DNA from: Heptranchias perlo
Lineage: Eukaryota
Length of the DNA stretch: 63,855 nt
Assembly (NCBI RefSeq): GCF_035084215.1
Contig: NC_090356.1
Coordinates: 17,732,001 to 17,795,855, forward strand
Direction: 5' to 3'
Both the position numbers and the translations under genes were made by a program. This document shows, piece after piece, positions 25,868 through 38,694 of this stretch. A model generated the notes under the pieces. It was not told the origin of the DNA. It did not search any database and saw nothing but the letters and a program-made list of their open reading frames with translations. Within the stretch, counting starts at the first letter, position 1. Each line of letters begins with the position of its first letter.

Positions 25868-26046
25868 GCACATGTGCATACCAGCGCGCGAGAGGGAAGG
25901 CGAGTGATTGGGAGAGATCGAATAGACAGTGGCATGACAGACAGTTCAACAACTTGCATGCCGCTGTCTATTCGATCTCTCCCAATCACTCGCCTTCCCT
26001 CTCGCGCGCTGGTATGCACATGTGCATAAATGCAAGTTGTTGAACT
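25868..26046. repeat. 69-bp inverted repeat with an interleaved 17-bp inverted repeat
   Basis: 25868-25936 pairs with 25957-26025 (one mismatch). 25943-25959 pairs with 26030-26046. Confidence 0.93.
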
Positions 26047-26084
26047 TTAATTTAGTAAAACATCCCAAGGTGCTTCACAGAAGA

Positions 26085-26600
26085 GATAACCCAGAGTGAG
26101 GGGCAAAGACTAGAGCAGGGAAAGGAAGAGTAACAACCCAGAGTAAAGGGGAAACACAACAGGAAATAAAGTGGGGGGGGGCAACAGTGAGCAAAGTGGG
26201 GGGTGGGGGGTTGAAGAGAATGGCTCAGAGCAAGTGGGGGGAAGAGAAGAATCCAGAATGGGAAAACAGCCCAGGGCAGAGGAAAAAAATCACCCAGAGC
26301 ATGATGGGGGCAGGGGAAACCCAGAACTTGCTTTGGGGTGGGGGTGGGGGGGGGGGGATACACACGACCCAGAGCATGATGAGGGGAGAATGATCCAGAG
26401 CAAGGAGGTGGGGGGAGAAAGAAAGGAACGACCCAGAGCGTGATGAAGGGTTGGTACGAACTAGAGCATGATGTTGGGGGGGGGAAACACGACTGAGAGG
26501 AATGAGGGAACAAAGACAGAAAAGGGAAGAGGGCAAGGAATAAGAAGGACCAGGAAAAGTGGGGGATGTAGGAAAGGAGAAAGGGAAGAGACAGCATGAG
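26085..26600 (+). repeat. Degenerate purine/G-rich minisatellite (acccagagcatgatg-Gn)
   Basis: The (cc)cagagc(a)tgatg core recurs many times, separated by G runs. Confidence 0.75.
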
Positions 26601-28594
26601 CGAAGAAGCAAAAGCGGTGATGTTTACACCACATTCTTTTGTTCACTAGTTTAACAGTCATTAACCCAGGAGTTTGACACAAACGCATTAACCAGCATGT
26701 TAAATAGTGCATGAAGATATTTCATCTACTAGGTTAGAGGGCTGATGAGAGTGCTTACCCCATTAAATCTGCCACTTCCCTACAACATGGTTTTAAAATA
26801 AATAGATAGTACAAATGGATTTGGACCTCAATTTAATCAGGCTCAGCTGGACCAAATTTCCATGCCAAACTCTGCCAAGTGTAGTTAAAAGAAAAACTGC
26901 AGCTTCAGAACAGAGCACCAGATACAACGATCAAGTCAACAAAAAAAATGGGTCAGTAAAAAAGTGACCAGTGACATGTTTGAGATAAGCACTCTACCTC
27001 CCCCTCTCACTCACTTACACTGACTCTGGTGCAGTTTTATTTACATGATTAATCTTTTTTTCTTTCTTTCCAAAGATTGGCTTTCATGTAGGTATGGCAG
27101 ACTCAGAATATTACCAACAATATCCAATCTAATTGTTTCTTTCTAATGGAAATGTTGACATACATTTCCCTTACTCAGCTTACCCTGCAATCAATGCCAA
27201 TTTAATTAAAATTGACCAACAGCATGACTGGCATACTTGGGTTATCATTCAACACCTGAACACAAACCTTCAGGCACAGGCTATAAACTGAACATGCTAA
27301 CCATCATGCTACCTCAATACCGTGAATAGCATACAGCTCAAACGATGCACTGCATCTTGAGGAATATTTTTGATGCCCAATTCTAATCATAGAATGACCT
27401 GGCTTTCATTGAAACTTTTGACCCATTTTACTGCATAAAGTTGCCAGATAGTTCTTGGGATTTAAATTGTTTTTATAATTTGATACTGATTGATGGAAAC
27501 AAGTATCGCATTAAATTAAATAGTACACGAGCAATTAGCCGGGCCAATGTAAAAGTGGTTTCAAAATGGAACAGAAGTCTTATTGTGCTCCAAAACATTA
27601 ATGTCATTGAGTGCTCCCACAATATCTATTATTTATGAAGTGCACTATTGGTAGTTCTGTGCTGTGGATCAGATTCTATTGGGATGAGATGGAGGATGCC
27701 AAAACTCATTTAAAGTGTGACCTTCATAACCCTTCAGTAAGAGGTGACCTTCATTATCCATTCCCAGGCTGAATTTGAGCTTGCTGCTTCAGACTAACAT
27801 TATGCTCATTAAAATACCGTGATAAATATCAAATTGAGTGCTCCAATTTAGGAGCTTAACAGTAAAGCACACAACCTTAAAGGCAAATTTCTTTTCTACA
27901 CATTGTACATTAATATTTCAACTGAGATACAATAGACAGGAATTCCTACTGATCTCTTTAAAGACAAGAAACTATTTCTCTGAATGGAAAGGCTGATGGT
28001 GTAATAAAGGTAATCATGCTAAAACCAATCCAGCAGTCCTTTTGTATTCAGCCATATAGATAGATAGAGAGTACATTGTCATGCTGTGTCTGCCTTTGTG
28101 TTGCAATTTGCAATGAGAATTCAGCTAATAGGGTTTCAGTAAATGCAAACAGACTGCTTTATTTCCATATTTATTTGGTACTTGTTTTTAAAATGTGAAA
28201 CCGCCATCTGTATAAAATTACTAGAAGTGCAGCGACCTATATAGGGTATCAGATTACACAAACACTACCAACCCTAGCTTCCAACAGAAGTCCTTTTCTC
28301 TCGAGGTAGGTTTCGCTCTCCCTTGCCCCTTCAATTTCTCGCCCATTTTTCTTTGTCTGCCTGGTCTGTCATTCTTCTTGTAATCAGACTGGCAATGCCA
28401 TCGGTAACTGGTCAGAGGCCAGGAACCACCCTGGCATGGCTGCTGTCTGATTTTCCTCCTCCCTTCCAGGGAGATGCCAGTCCACGCATTCAACTTGGCT
28501 CAGATTAGAAAGTCAAACCTACATCCATTCCCACTTCATGATAATTGTAAACAATTTTACAACACCAAGTTATAGTCCAGCAATTTTATTTTAA

Positions 28595-28635
28595 ATTCAC
28601 AAGCTTTCGGAGGCTTCCTCCTTCCTCAGGTGAAT
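28595..28635 (-). ncRNA. Minimal type I hammerhead ribozyme, sense to the MICOS10 pre-mRNA
   Basis: Exact reverse-complement copy of 28651-28691. Confidence 0.8.
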
Positions 28636-28650
28636 GTGGAAAATTTCCAC

Positions 28651-28691
28651 ATTCACCTGAGGAAGGAGGAAGCCTCCGAAAGCTTGTGAAT
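28651..28691 (+). ncRNA. Minimal type I hammerhead ribozyme
   Basis: ATTCAC-CTGAGGA-a-GGAGG-aag-CCTCC-GAA-AGCT-t-GTGAAT: perfect 6-bp stem I, 5-bp stem II, palindromic helix III. Confidence 0.8.
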
Positions 28692-29164
28692 TTCAAATAA
28701 AATTGCTGGACTATAACTTGGTGTTGTAAAATTGTTTACAATTGTCAACCCCAGTCCATCACCGGCATCTCCATATCAGCACTTCATGATATGCACAGAG
28801 CTAAAGTGCCACTTCTTTGACTTCAATTGCTACTACCTCCACAGCAGACCCAATTTGCCAACAGGTGGCAGTTAACTACAATTATACAGTAAAGAAAGAT
28901 TTTTTTTTAAAGATCATCTAGAATTCACAAGGCTGAAGTTAAATTCCCAAGTACATTTTTAATTCAGCCAATTGTCTTAATGTCGTCATGCAGAACACTT
29001 TGCAAAATGATTTGTGAGTATACCCAACCAATGAATGGGATGAAAATCTCCCTTCTCTGGTGGCAATAAAATCTGGTGTTCAGTCTCACTTGGTATGGAA
29101 AACTTACACATTACTCGGGTGTCACCTCTTCTGAGATTAGCATAATATAAGCAAGCACCATTCA

Positions 29165-29523
29165 GAGGGCTTGGCAAGGTAGATGTTGAGAGGATGTTTC
29201 TCCTGGCTGAAGAGTCTAGAACTAGGGGACATAGTCTCAGGATAAGGAGTCGGCCATTTAGCACTGAGAGGAGGACAACAAATTTCTTCACTCAAGAGGG
29301 TCGTGAATCTTTGCAATTCTCTTCTCCAGAGTGCTGTGGATGCTCAGTCCTCGAGTATAGTCAAGACTGAGATCGATAGATTTCTTGGATTCTAAGGGAA
29401 TCAAGGGATATGGGGACCGGGCAGGAAAGTGGAGTTGAGGTCGAAGATCAGCCATGATCTTATTGAATGGTGGAGCAGGCTCGACGGGCGGTATGGCTTA
29501 CTCCTGCTCCTATTTCTCATGTT
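29165..29523 (+). mobile_element. CR1 LINE 3' end
   Basis: SRTRGHSLRIR-like coding remnant and gatcagccatgatcttattgaatgg 3'UTR. Confidence 0.88.
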
Positions 29524-32500
29524 CAGCCCCTCACCCATCCTATATCTGACCTTGCACTGATTGATGCTGGCACTGGCTGCAAAAAATGTGAAATATTCCA
29601 TTCCCCGCAGTACTGACAGACATCCCTGAGCAATTACCAGCAAAATTAAAAGCTAAATAGAATACAGTTACTTTTATAAAAGAAAAGAAACTCTGCAGGG
29701 TGTGGAAGCTGGATAGAATGGAGTTTGCAGTTTCTACCAGCGTTAATAGGATGGTCAGAGAAAATAAGGAAGTTATTTATCACTCGTAATAAATATACAT
29801 AAGCACACAGAATATCTAAAAAGTTGCATTTATATAGCACTTTAAGTTGAAACGTCTCCATGCACTTCACACAATTACTTTTGAAGTACACTTACTTATG
29901 TAGAGAAATATGACAAGCCATCCTGTGCCAGCGAAGTCCCACATAGAAGGATGAGGTTAGTGACCTGTTAATGTCTGGTTTTGGTGCTAGTGCTTGAGGG
30001 GGTAAGTATTGCCCGGGACACCGTAGAATTAACACACAAAAACAAGCGGTAGAGGGAAATTAATCCTCCGTTTAACTTCTCATCTAAAGGACAACTCCAA
30101 CAATAAAACATTCTCTCAGCATGGCACTAGGGTGTCAACTTCGATTGCAAGCTGAAATCCACAATCTTTTGACCCAGAGGCGAGAGTGCTACCAATTATT
30201 TATTTAACGCATGCCGACTCAGTGAATAATTCCAGCCATCTTGGGGCATTGTTATCCCACCAATGGAGGCATGCTGACACGCAGAGCAGCTTTGGCAGGA
30301 GTTGGCAGTAGAGCAGGAGATCTAACATGAGAAAAAAAGAACAAAATGTATTAAATGGTGTGGAACTACAAAATATTCAAACCAGAGGGGGAGATAAATA
30401 GTGAATGGAATTATAGGAATAGTTCCTGAATAAAGAAATAAACAAACATCAACGTGAACAGTAAAGGACTCTCACTATTCATATTTCTGGTAATTTGTCA
30501 AATGTGCCTGAGAGAATGTCCTAATTAAAAGGAACATCCTGGGTATCTGGCCTCAGTCCAAGAGCAGCAAATTTGTTCTTCACCTTTACATTGCAGCTAA
30601 GTGTCATACAGGGCTTGAAGCGACACGAGTCACTCCACTTACTATTACAAGGGGAATCTTCCTTTGTTCCTTTGAGTCCGGACATTAGAATCGACCAAAG
30701 TAATTTGATTTCAAGCCTTTGAAGAAAAACAAAATTAGGACATTTTCCCTACATATAGTTCCATAAATACAAAGCTCAGTAAGCCTATCAATGTGATGCT
30801 GAGCTGTGAAAGACTAAGATTTCATTTAAGCAATTTTACAATGTTGAAATCGGTCAAGAAAATCCTCACCAACAACTGTATATCTATACATTGCGTCACA
30901 CTGTCTTTTTGCCACTTTTTCTCTCTCCCTTCCCTGAAGGTGGTGACTCGTACTGGGGTACAGTTCCACAGGTACCGAGTGCCCTCTACTGCTTCATCCA
31001 AGTGGCCGTTATTCTTAAATGAGCCTCGACAGTGAGATGAGAGGCTTTTCAACAATGGTTCATGATTCTGAACCCAATCCTGTCATCTACACAAGTGCAC
31101 TATCTACCTGGGGTCATTGTATTGCCATCAGGAGTAGTATAAAGATTATTGTATACATGTGAACTAAAAAGGTACCTAGTAATTTTTAATTATATATTTC
31201 ATTCTTCCAGAACTGGCTATGTTTGGAGACAGTATTTCTGTGTTCGAGTGAAGTACATGAGCAATTTATGATAAATTATCACACACAAAGTACATTACCA
31301 CATTAAAAAGAAATGACAAGTATAGTTTTTCCTGAAGTCTGTTACTACTGATACATAAAATGAGACTAGTGACAACTGGGTCAATGTACTCAGCCATACA
31401 AACCAGAAGGTCCCAAGCTTGACTTCCAGTCTGTGCAGTTAACTGATTTCAGCCAAGACACCAAGGGAGGGGCAGAGCAGGCTATAATTGGCCTCAAAGA
31501 AAAAAAAATCACTTATAACTCTTGCTCCCGATTACAAATCAATGTGCCCTGCTGGGTGAGGACAGGACCAAGTTCAAACGTGGAGGGTATCACACCCAAA
31601 GACTGCTCATATTTGGCTCACACATGAAGATGGGGATGGTACTGGAGGGCTGCTAGCACCTAATGAACCACACCCCAGCACGAATCAACACTTTCAGGAG
31701 AAGAAAATTGGGGAAAAAGTAATTTAAAACTTTTATAAAGCTATGTACTGCATAATGCAAATTTCCTCCACCTCCCAACACCCACCCATGCGATCTAGAA
31801 ATCTGTTTCCAAGTCTCTGATTATTTTTGTACCAGCTGTAAACCACATTGACAAACATAATTAACTAAATATAAGTTACATTTCTAAATGTCATCCAACA
31901 AAGCTCGAAACTAAAACAACAAGCTGACACAGCATGAATGCCGTCATAATAGTTCTCTTTAAAATTAGTAGGAGCTGTTACTGGTGTAGTATAATACTTT
32001 GGTTACAGCTTCACTCTCAACGATACACAACACACACCCTGTTATTTGGCTCATGTGATTTTAAAGAGAGAAAGATTATTCTTACCTCCCTTTGTAGCTC
32101 AAAAAGACAATTTACTATAAATATTTAATAATAATAATCTTTGTTTGCAAGTAAAGGCATTTCATTAGAGTAGATTCACACAGCTGAACTCGAGCAAGAA
32201 AATCCTTACTAAGTACAGTATATTCATTAGCTGCCACTGACTGACACACAGTCTTGTTGCCAATTCCTCTCCTCCATTCCTGAAGGTGGATTCCTGCTGG
32301 GGGAGTTCCACGCGTACGTTCCATATCTCACTCAAATGGCCATTATTCACGTGAGCCAAACTTTAAGTATCGGCAAGCTATTCAACAGTGGAGATCATTA
32401 CAATGAACCCAATCTAGTACTCATCTGATATCCTCACATGCATACTTTCCAATATACATAAAGATAGATAGATATCAGGAACGTTAAGTTGATACTTACC

Positions 32501-33226
32501 CTCTGTAGCTTAAGAAATACTGAAAGCAATTGTAGTGCTTCAACTACCACCCTGGTTGAGATCAGCTAATTCAGCAAAGACCTGGGGATTTGCCACGTAG
32601 AAATTACAACATGGAATCAGGTTGTTTGGCCAAACCAGTTTGTATTCATGTTTATCCTCCACACAAGTAGTCGTCCTAATCCAATGTGCCAGCTCCGTTC
32701 CTGAATCCCTTTAACCCGTATCCTTCAACCACCTATCCAGCCTGTCCTCAAAAGTTTGTCTTTGCTACAATCACTCCAGTAGTGCATTGCACAGCCTGTG
32801 TAAAAAAGGGTTTCTCTTGCTTTCTATCTTAAATCTCTTACATTAAATCTTATATCTATGTCACTTCATTCTAGACCCTTTAATCACTAGAAACAGTCTG
32901 TTCTATCCACTCTGTTCCATCACTTCATGAGTTTAAACATCGCTATCAAATTACCCCTCAATTTCACAATCCTTTAATTTGATTTGTTGCTTGCCCTGAT
33001 CACTCAGGTCCCAGCTGCCCGGTTTCCCTCAATGCAACATTATCAGCTCGCACTTTTAGTAGTAACTTGTCATGCAAAAAAATTAAAAATTAGACTTGTC
33101 CTTGCATGTTTAGGTTAACAGCAGGCTAGATGCCCTGCCACAGCAAATTATGGCCCAATGTCTTGTGAACCTGAACTCCCAAATCCCTCTGCTCTTCCAC
33201 ATTACCCAGTTTTCCCCCAAAGTATA

Positions 33227-33512
33227 ATAAGAACATAAGAAAAAGGAGCAGGAGTAGGCCATATGACCCCTCGAGCCTGCTCTGCCATTCAATCAGATCA
33301 TGTCTGATCTTCGACCTCAACTCCACTTTCCAGCCCAATCCCCATATCCCTTGATTCACCTAGAGTCCAAAAATCTGTCTATCTCCGCCTTGAACATATT
33401 CAATGACTGAGCATCCACAGCCCTCTCGGGTGGAGAATTCCAAAGATTCACAACCCTGAGTGAAGAAATTCCTCCTCATCTCAGTCTTAAATGGCCAACC
33501 CCTTATCTTGAT
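33227..33512 (-). mobile_element. CR1 LINE 3' end
   Basis: FKTEMRRNFFTQ and the typical 3'UTR/tail (taagaacataagaa). Confidence 0.88.
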
Positions 33513-33806
33513 ACTGAAATTACTTCGTTTTTTTTTAAAAACCAAATCAGACTTACTGATGTTGAATTCTATCTACCACCTTTTTGCTCATTCCACCCTC
33601 TTCTCAATATCTTCTTACAGCTTCCGTTGGTTCTCAAAATTATTTACTATGTCTCCTATTTTAGTATCAAGTGCAAATTTGGACACCACTCTCTCTATCC
33701 CTATATCCAAATCATCGATAAAGAAAACAAGGCTTCACTTATGCATCATCTTGCTCCCTTTTTATAAATACTTACTTTTTGTGTTAAATCTAAATAATGT
33801 CATAAG

Positions 33807-34440
33807 AACATAAGAAATAGGCGCAGGAGTAGGCCAATCGGCCCTTCGAGCCTGCTCCGCCATTCAATAAGATCATGGCTGATCTGATCCTAACCTCAAA
33901 TCTAAATTCATGTCCAATTTCCTGCCCGCTCCCCGTAACCCCTAATTCCCTTTACTTCTAGGAAACTGTCTATTTCTGTTTTAAATTTATTTAATGATGT
34001 AGCTTCCACAGCTTCCTGGGGCAGCAAATTCCACAGACCTACTACCCTCTGAGTGAAGAAGTTTCTCCTCATCTCAGTTTTGAAAGAGCAGCCCCTTATT
34101 CTAAGATTATGCCCCCTAGTTCTAGTTTCACCCATCCTTGGGAACATCCTTACCGCATCCACCCGATCAAGCCCCTTCACAACCTTATATGTTTCAATAA
34201 GATCGCCTCTCATTCTTCTGAACTCCAATGAGTAGAGTCCCAATCCACTCAACCTCTCCTCATATGTCTGCCCCCTCATCCCCGGGATTAACCGAGTGAA
34301 CCTTCTTTGTACTGCCTCGAGAGCAAGTATGTCTTTTCTTAAGTATGGAGACCAAAACTGTATGCAGTATTCCAGGTGCGGTCTCACCAATACCTTATAT
34401 AACTGCAGCAATACCTCCCTGTTTTTATATTCTATCCCCT
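33807..34440 (-). mobile_element. CR1 LINE 3' fragment, same young subfamily as 62180-63516
   Basis: ORF 33908-34411 (LYKVLVRPHLEYC...RRNFFTQRVV) and its 3'UTR are almost identical to about 62880-63516. Confidence 0.95.
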
Positions 34441-35629
34441 AACTGTACATGACAAACTGTCATGTACAGTTTGTCAAGCAAAACCTTCCTTTCTGTTTCT
34501 CTTCATCTAGAATATATGGGTAGTGCCTTTGTCCTTTGGGTCACCAGGGTAGCTCCACAAGCTTTCTAATATCATCTTGGCCACATTGTTACTTGCTTCA
34601 GTTGGTAGCACGCTCATCTGTGAGCCAGAAGGTGATGGGTTCAAGCCCCACTCCAGAATTTCAGCATCAATCCAGTGCATTACTGGAGAAATGCTGCATT
34701 GTTGGAGATGCCACCTTTCGCACGAGACATTAAAATCATGGCACATGCACCTGTTGAAGAATTAAAGGAAGATCCCTCAACCAACACCACCAAAACCAAA
34801 TTAACTTTTATTCATCCCACTGCTGTTTGGGAGACTTTACTGTGGGTAAATTGGCTGATGCATTTACCTACAAAACAACAGTGACTACACTTCAAAAGTA
34901 TTCGTTGACTATGAAGCACTTTAGGATGACCTGAGATCATGAAAGGTACCTATATAAATGTAAGCTTTTTACTCTTTCTCACCAAATTTTGCAAAGAATA
35001 GAGCAAATGTCAGTAGGGACAATGTTAGTCCAGTCTGAGATAACCACCCAGCAATCAAGCTTGTAGTTGTGCTGTCTAGTGAACTGCACGTCTTGACATC
35101 TGCTTCACTTCTGGTTGTCTTCGACTCTCCATAAAGCAGCACCTGAACAAAGGTAGATGGCAGTAGGTGGTACAGATGGCTGGATGGGGTAGTATTTTCT
35201 ATAAAAGTTTTTTTTAAAAACAAAGAACTCCATTGCCCCAGCTGAGTTTTCACTCCTTTAAGAATCTTATGTAAAAAATTTGGCATTTCTCATTAAAATT
35301 GTAAAGCTTGTTACATTTATTGCCTGGATTTTTGCATGCGTCAAACAATCTTATCTAGATTCTGTGATTCACAGGTAACAAGCTGATCTAATATGTCCTT
35401 ATTCTGTGACATAAATAGCTGCCCAACACACCGTAAGTGGTTAGTTTTATTCCATGTGCTATTGCACAGGAGATCAACTAGTTTGCTCAATAAATAGATT
35501 TGTCATTATAGCAAATAATGTACAAAGTTCACTCCAACTTTTTGTAATGAATGGCACACATTCAGCAGTGTGCAAAAGTTGTATTTTCACAACATGATTT
35601 ATGAACTCAATATGAGGCAGGAAATATAA

Positions 35630-36470
35630 ATCAACAACTTGGATTTATGTAGCACCTTTAATGCAGAAAAACACTCAAGGTGCTTCACAAATGGATACCA
35701 AGCAAAGAAGGAGAGGGAACAGGGAAGGGCAGGATGCACAAGAGACCAGCCAGTGGAACGGAGAGTTTTTGTGGGGTTGTAGGAGGCTAGAGATAGAGGG
35801 GCAAGGCCATGAAGGGGTTTAAGCACAAGGATAACAATTTTACATTTGAAGCATTGGGACCCTGGGAGCAAGGGCAGAAGTGCTGAGAAGGGGCAGAGGC
35901 AAGCAACGTTATAGAGATAAACGTAGGCAGCCTTTGTGATGCAGAGGATATGGGCACAAGCTGAAGGTTGCCGAGGTTGCCAAGACTGCGAAAAGTCTGG
36001 TTCAACCTGAGACATGGCCAGGAAGGGGGACGGAGTCATTGGAAAACATACAGAGTTTGTAGTGTGGACCCGAAGACAATGGCTTTGGTCTTCAGTGTTT
36101 AGCTGCAGAAAATAGCAGCTCATACAAAACAAGCAGTCTGCTGCTGACACCCTCATTCATGGCTTTGTCACCTCCATACTCGACTTTCAATGTTCGCCTC
36201 TGCCCCACCTCAACTCCTTTGCTGCTGAAACCCTCATCCATGCCTTTGTCACCTCCATACTTGACTTTCAACGCTTTCCTGGTTGGCCCATCCCCCACCC
36301 TCCGGAAACTTCAGCTCATCCAAAACTCTGCTGCCCGTGTCCTATCCTGCACCAAATCCTGATCACACATCACCCCTGTCCTTGCTGATTTACAATGGCT
36401 CCCGGTGTCCCAACACTTCAAATGTAAAATTGTCATCCTTGTGTTTAAACCCCTTCATGGCCTTCGCCAG
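35630..36470. mobile_element. L2 3' fragments in opposite orientations (minus about 35630-36140, plus about 36140-36470)
   Basis: FKCKIVILVLKPLHGLAP on minus, LQLIQNSAARVL on plus. An 81-bp-period duplication sits at the junction. Confidence 0.75.
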
Positions 36471-38524
36471 CCAAGGGGGAAAATAAAAGGTGGCATGACT
36501 AGGACACAGGAAGAGGAGGAAACAGGAGCAAAGAGCCCAAGAGGGGAAAAAAAAAGGTAGAAATAATGAGCTTGGGTTTGGAGCAGCAGACAAAATTCAA
36601 GTTACATAGGCATGGCAGAGAGTAGAAGACATGTCCTGGTCACAGAGGACCTTCCCCCTTTACTCCAAATGCCTTGCAGCTGATGAATCAAATGTTGTTA
36701 CAACCGGCACACTTGGTACCTTAATGTTACAATAAATGTTAAAATATCTAATTAACTATCAGTCCACAGGTGCAAAGATTCACTGGATCAACCACCTCAC
36801 CAAACACTGAAGCACTCCACATAGCAAAGCTCACAAGTTCAACAGAAGTTGTCCTCCTTTTTAAAAAAAAATGAACCTACCTGTGGATTTGGTGGGTAAA
36901 GGCTGTCCCCAATTCCCTGATGGTTTTTTGTGTTGCCAAAGTTTAGTAACTAAATAGCTATAGTGCATTCAAGCATCTCCAATCTTTTCCTGATGCAAAT
37001 TCCATTTGGTTGGATTCATGCACACTAAAACACAATAAAACGTAGACACACTGCGCTCCTTTCCTCTTCGCCAGTACCTCACCCAAGTAGCATTTCAACA
37101 TGGACGAGCCTAAGCAAGCTACTTGAGTGTAGTACTGAGGAAGTATTGCATTGTCCGAGACGCAGCCTTTCAGGCAAGACATTAAACCAAGGTCCCATCT
37201 GTCCCCTCAGGTGGACGTAAAAGATCCATGGCACTATTTGAAGAGTAGGGAAATTTTCCTGGTGTACTAGTCAACATTTATCTCTCAACCACCAAGAAAA
37301 AGTTATGCTGTACTTGCCTACATAACCACACTGATTACACTTCCAAAGTAATTCATTGGTTGTAAAGTACTTTAGGATGTCCTGAAGTCATAAAAGGCAT
37401 TATATAATATAACACCCTTAACATAGTAAAAGTTGCCAAAGCACTTCACAGGAGTGTAATCAGACAAAAATTAACACCAAGCCACATTAGGACATATGAC
37501 CAAAAGCTTGATCAAAGAGGTAGGTTTTAAGCAGTGTCTTAAAGGAGGAGAATTAGAGAGGCTAAGAGGTTTGGGGAGGGAATTCCAGAGGTTACAGCCT
37601 AAACAGCTGAAGGCACAGCCATCAGTCCTGGGTCAAAGCCAGTGGGGGATGCACAAGAATGCAGAGTTCTTGGAAGGTTTTAGGGCTGGAGGAAGTTACA
37701 GAGATAGAGAGGGGCAAGGCCATGAACACAACATAAAAATGTCTTTCTTTACATACAGTCTTTCTTTACTTGACTGCCAGAGCATCAGTCAGGCCTCATC
37801 TTTTCCTCATAAAAAGCAAAATACTGCAGCTGTTGAAAATCAGAAACATAAATAGAAAATGCCAGAAATACACATCTGTGGAGAGAATAGACAGGTTACT
37901 GTTTCAAGTGTAGACTTGAAACATTAACTTCTCTAACTGACCTGTGTTTCTCTAGTATTTTCTGGTCCTATACTCACCTAACATCCACACTTTCTGGCAG
38001 GAGCCATCAGATAGTGATTAGGAGCAGAAGCTGTGCTGATTTTCCCCCTCCTAACCCTCCAAGGTCGAAGGGCCAGCCAACACTCACTATCTAGGTTAAC
38101 ATGTGAAGAATGGCAGTTGGATGAGGCATCAAAAACGGCCGATTATCTGCGGAACTCACACCCAAGCCAAAACCAAAGCCTTCATGGAGAAGAGAGAAAA
38201 TAATTAATGAGGAAGGTAGGCGGACAGACACGGGGGCAAGGGCACGGGGGAAAAGACCTTTAATCCCTTGTGCTAGCACTATTTAAAAGTATTGCGGGAA
38301 ATAATAACGCGGTCTTTATTTGCTACATGGTGCCGTTATTCACAGCGGGCTGAACTGGTGCTACTAGTTAAACCGAATCAGTGGCAGGACACCTTGCCCA
38401 AGGCCTGCAAGCTAGGCCCCGGACTCAATCTCTGACCGCTCCGTGACATACCGGTCCACGAAACCAGCCGTCAACTCAGGAAAGGACGTGCCCGAGACAT
38501 CGGCTGCAGTCTGAGCAAATTTAC

Positions 38525-38588
38525 CTAATTTCACCACCGTATCCGCCAAGCACCGTTCCACCTTCTTGCCGACTTCGGCCTCCGCCAT
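38525..38588 (-). CDS. MICOS10: MICOS10 (Mic10/MINOS1) coding exon 1, MAEAEVGKKVERCLADTVVKL-G
   Basis: ATG in strong Kozak context (aagATGG). 64 nt followed by a G|GTAAAT donor. Peptide resembles the vertebrate Mic10 N-terminus (MSESELGRKWDRCLADAVVKIG). Lies in a CpG-rich promoter. Confidence 0.95.
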
Positions 38589-38670
38589 CTTGCACTTCCC
38601 TAGAACTAGCTCTCGCGAGCATTGGACGAGATTTGGCAACAAGTGGGAGATGAGGATCACGTGACCACAG
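38584..38670 (-). promoter_or_regulatory. MICOS10 TATA-less housekeeping promoter
   Basis: YY1-like GCCATCTT over the ATG (38584-38591), ETS-like CACTTCC (38593-38599), TCTCGCGAG (38611-38619, BANP-like), CCAAT box (ATTGG 38621-38625) and TCACGTGAC E-box (38657-38665). Local CpG enrichment about 38300-38670. Confidence 0.75.
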
Positions 38671-38694
38671 AGGAGGAGGAAATTCTGCAATAAA

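Larger units (their letters stand above)
28544..28779. mobile_element. Short palindromic non-autonomous PLE-type element with a 3' tail
   Basis: 28543-28743 is a near-perfect palindrome (about 100-bp arms, one arm mismatch seen) plus a tail of about 36 bp. 12-bp TSD CACTTCATGATA at 28532-28543 and 28780-28791. Confidence 0.85.

Noticed and set aside
26052-26712. Pro/Phe-rich and Gly-rich ORFs
   Set aside because: Translation of a G-rich minisatellite.
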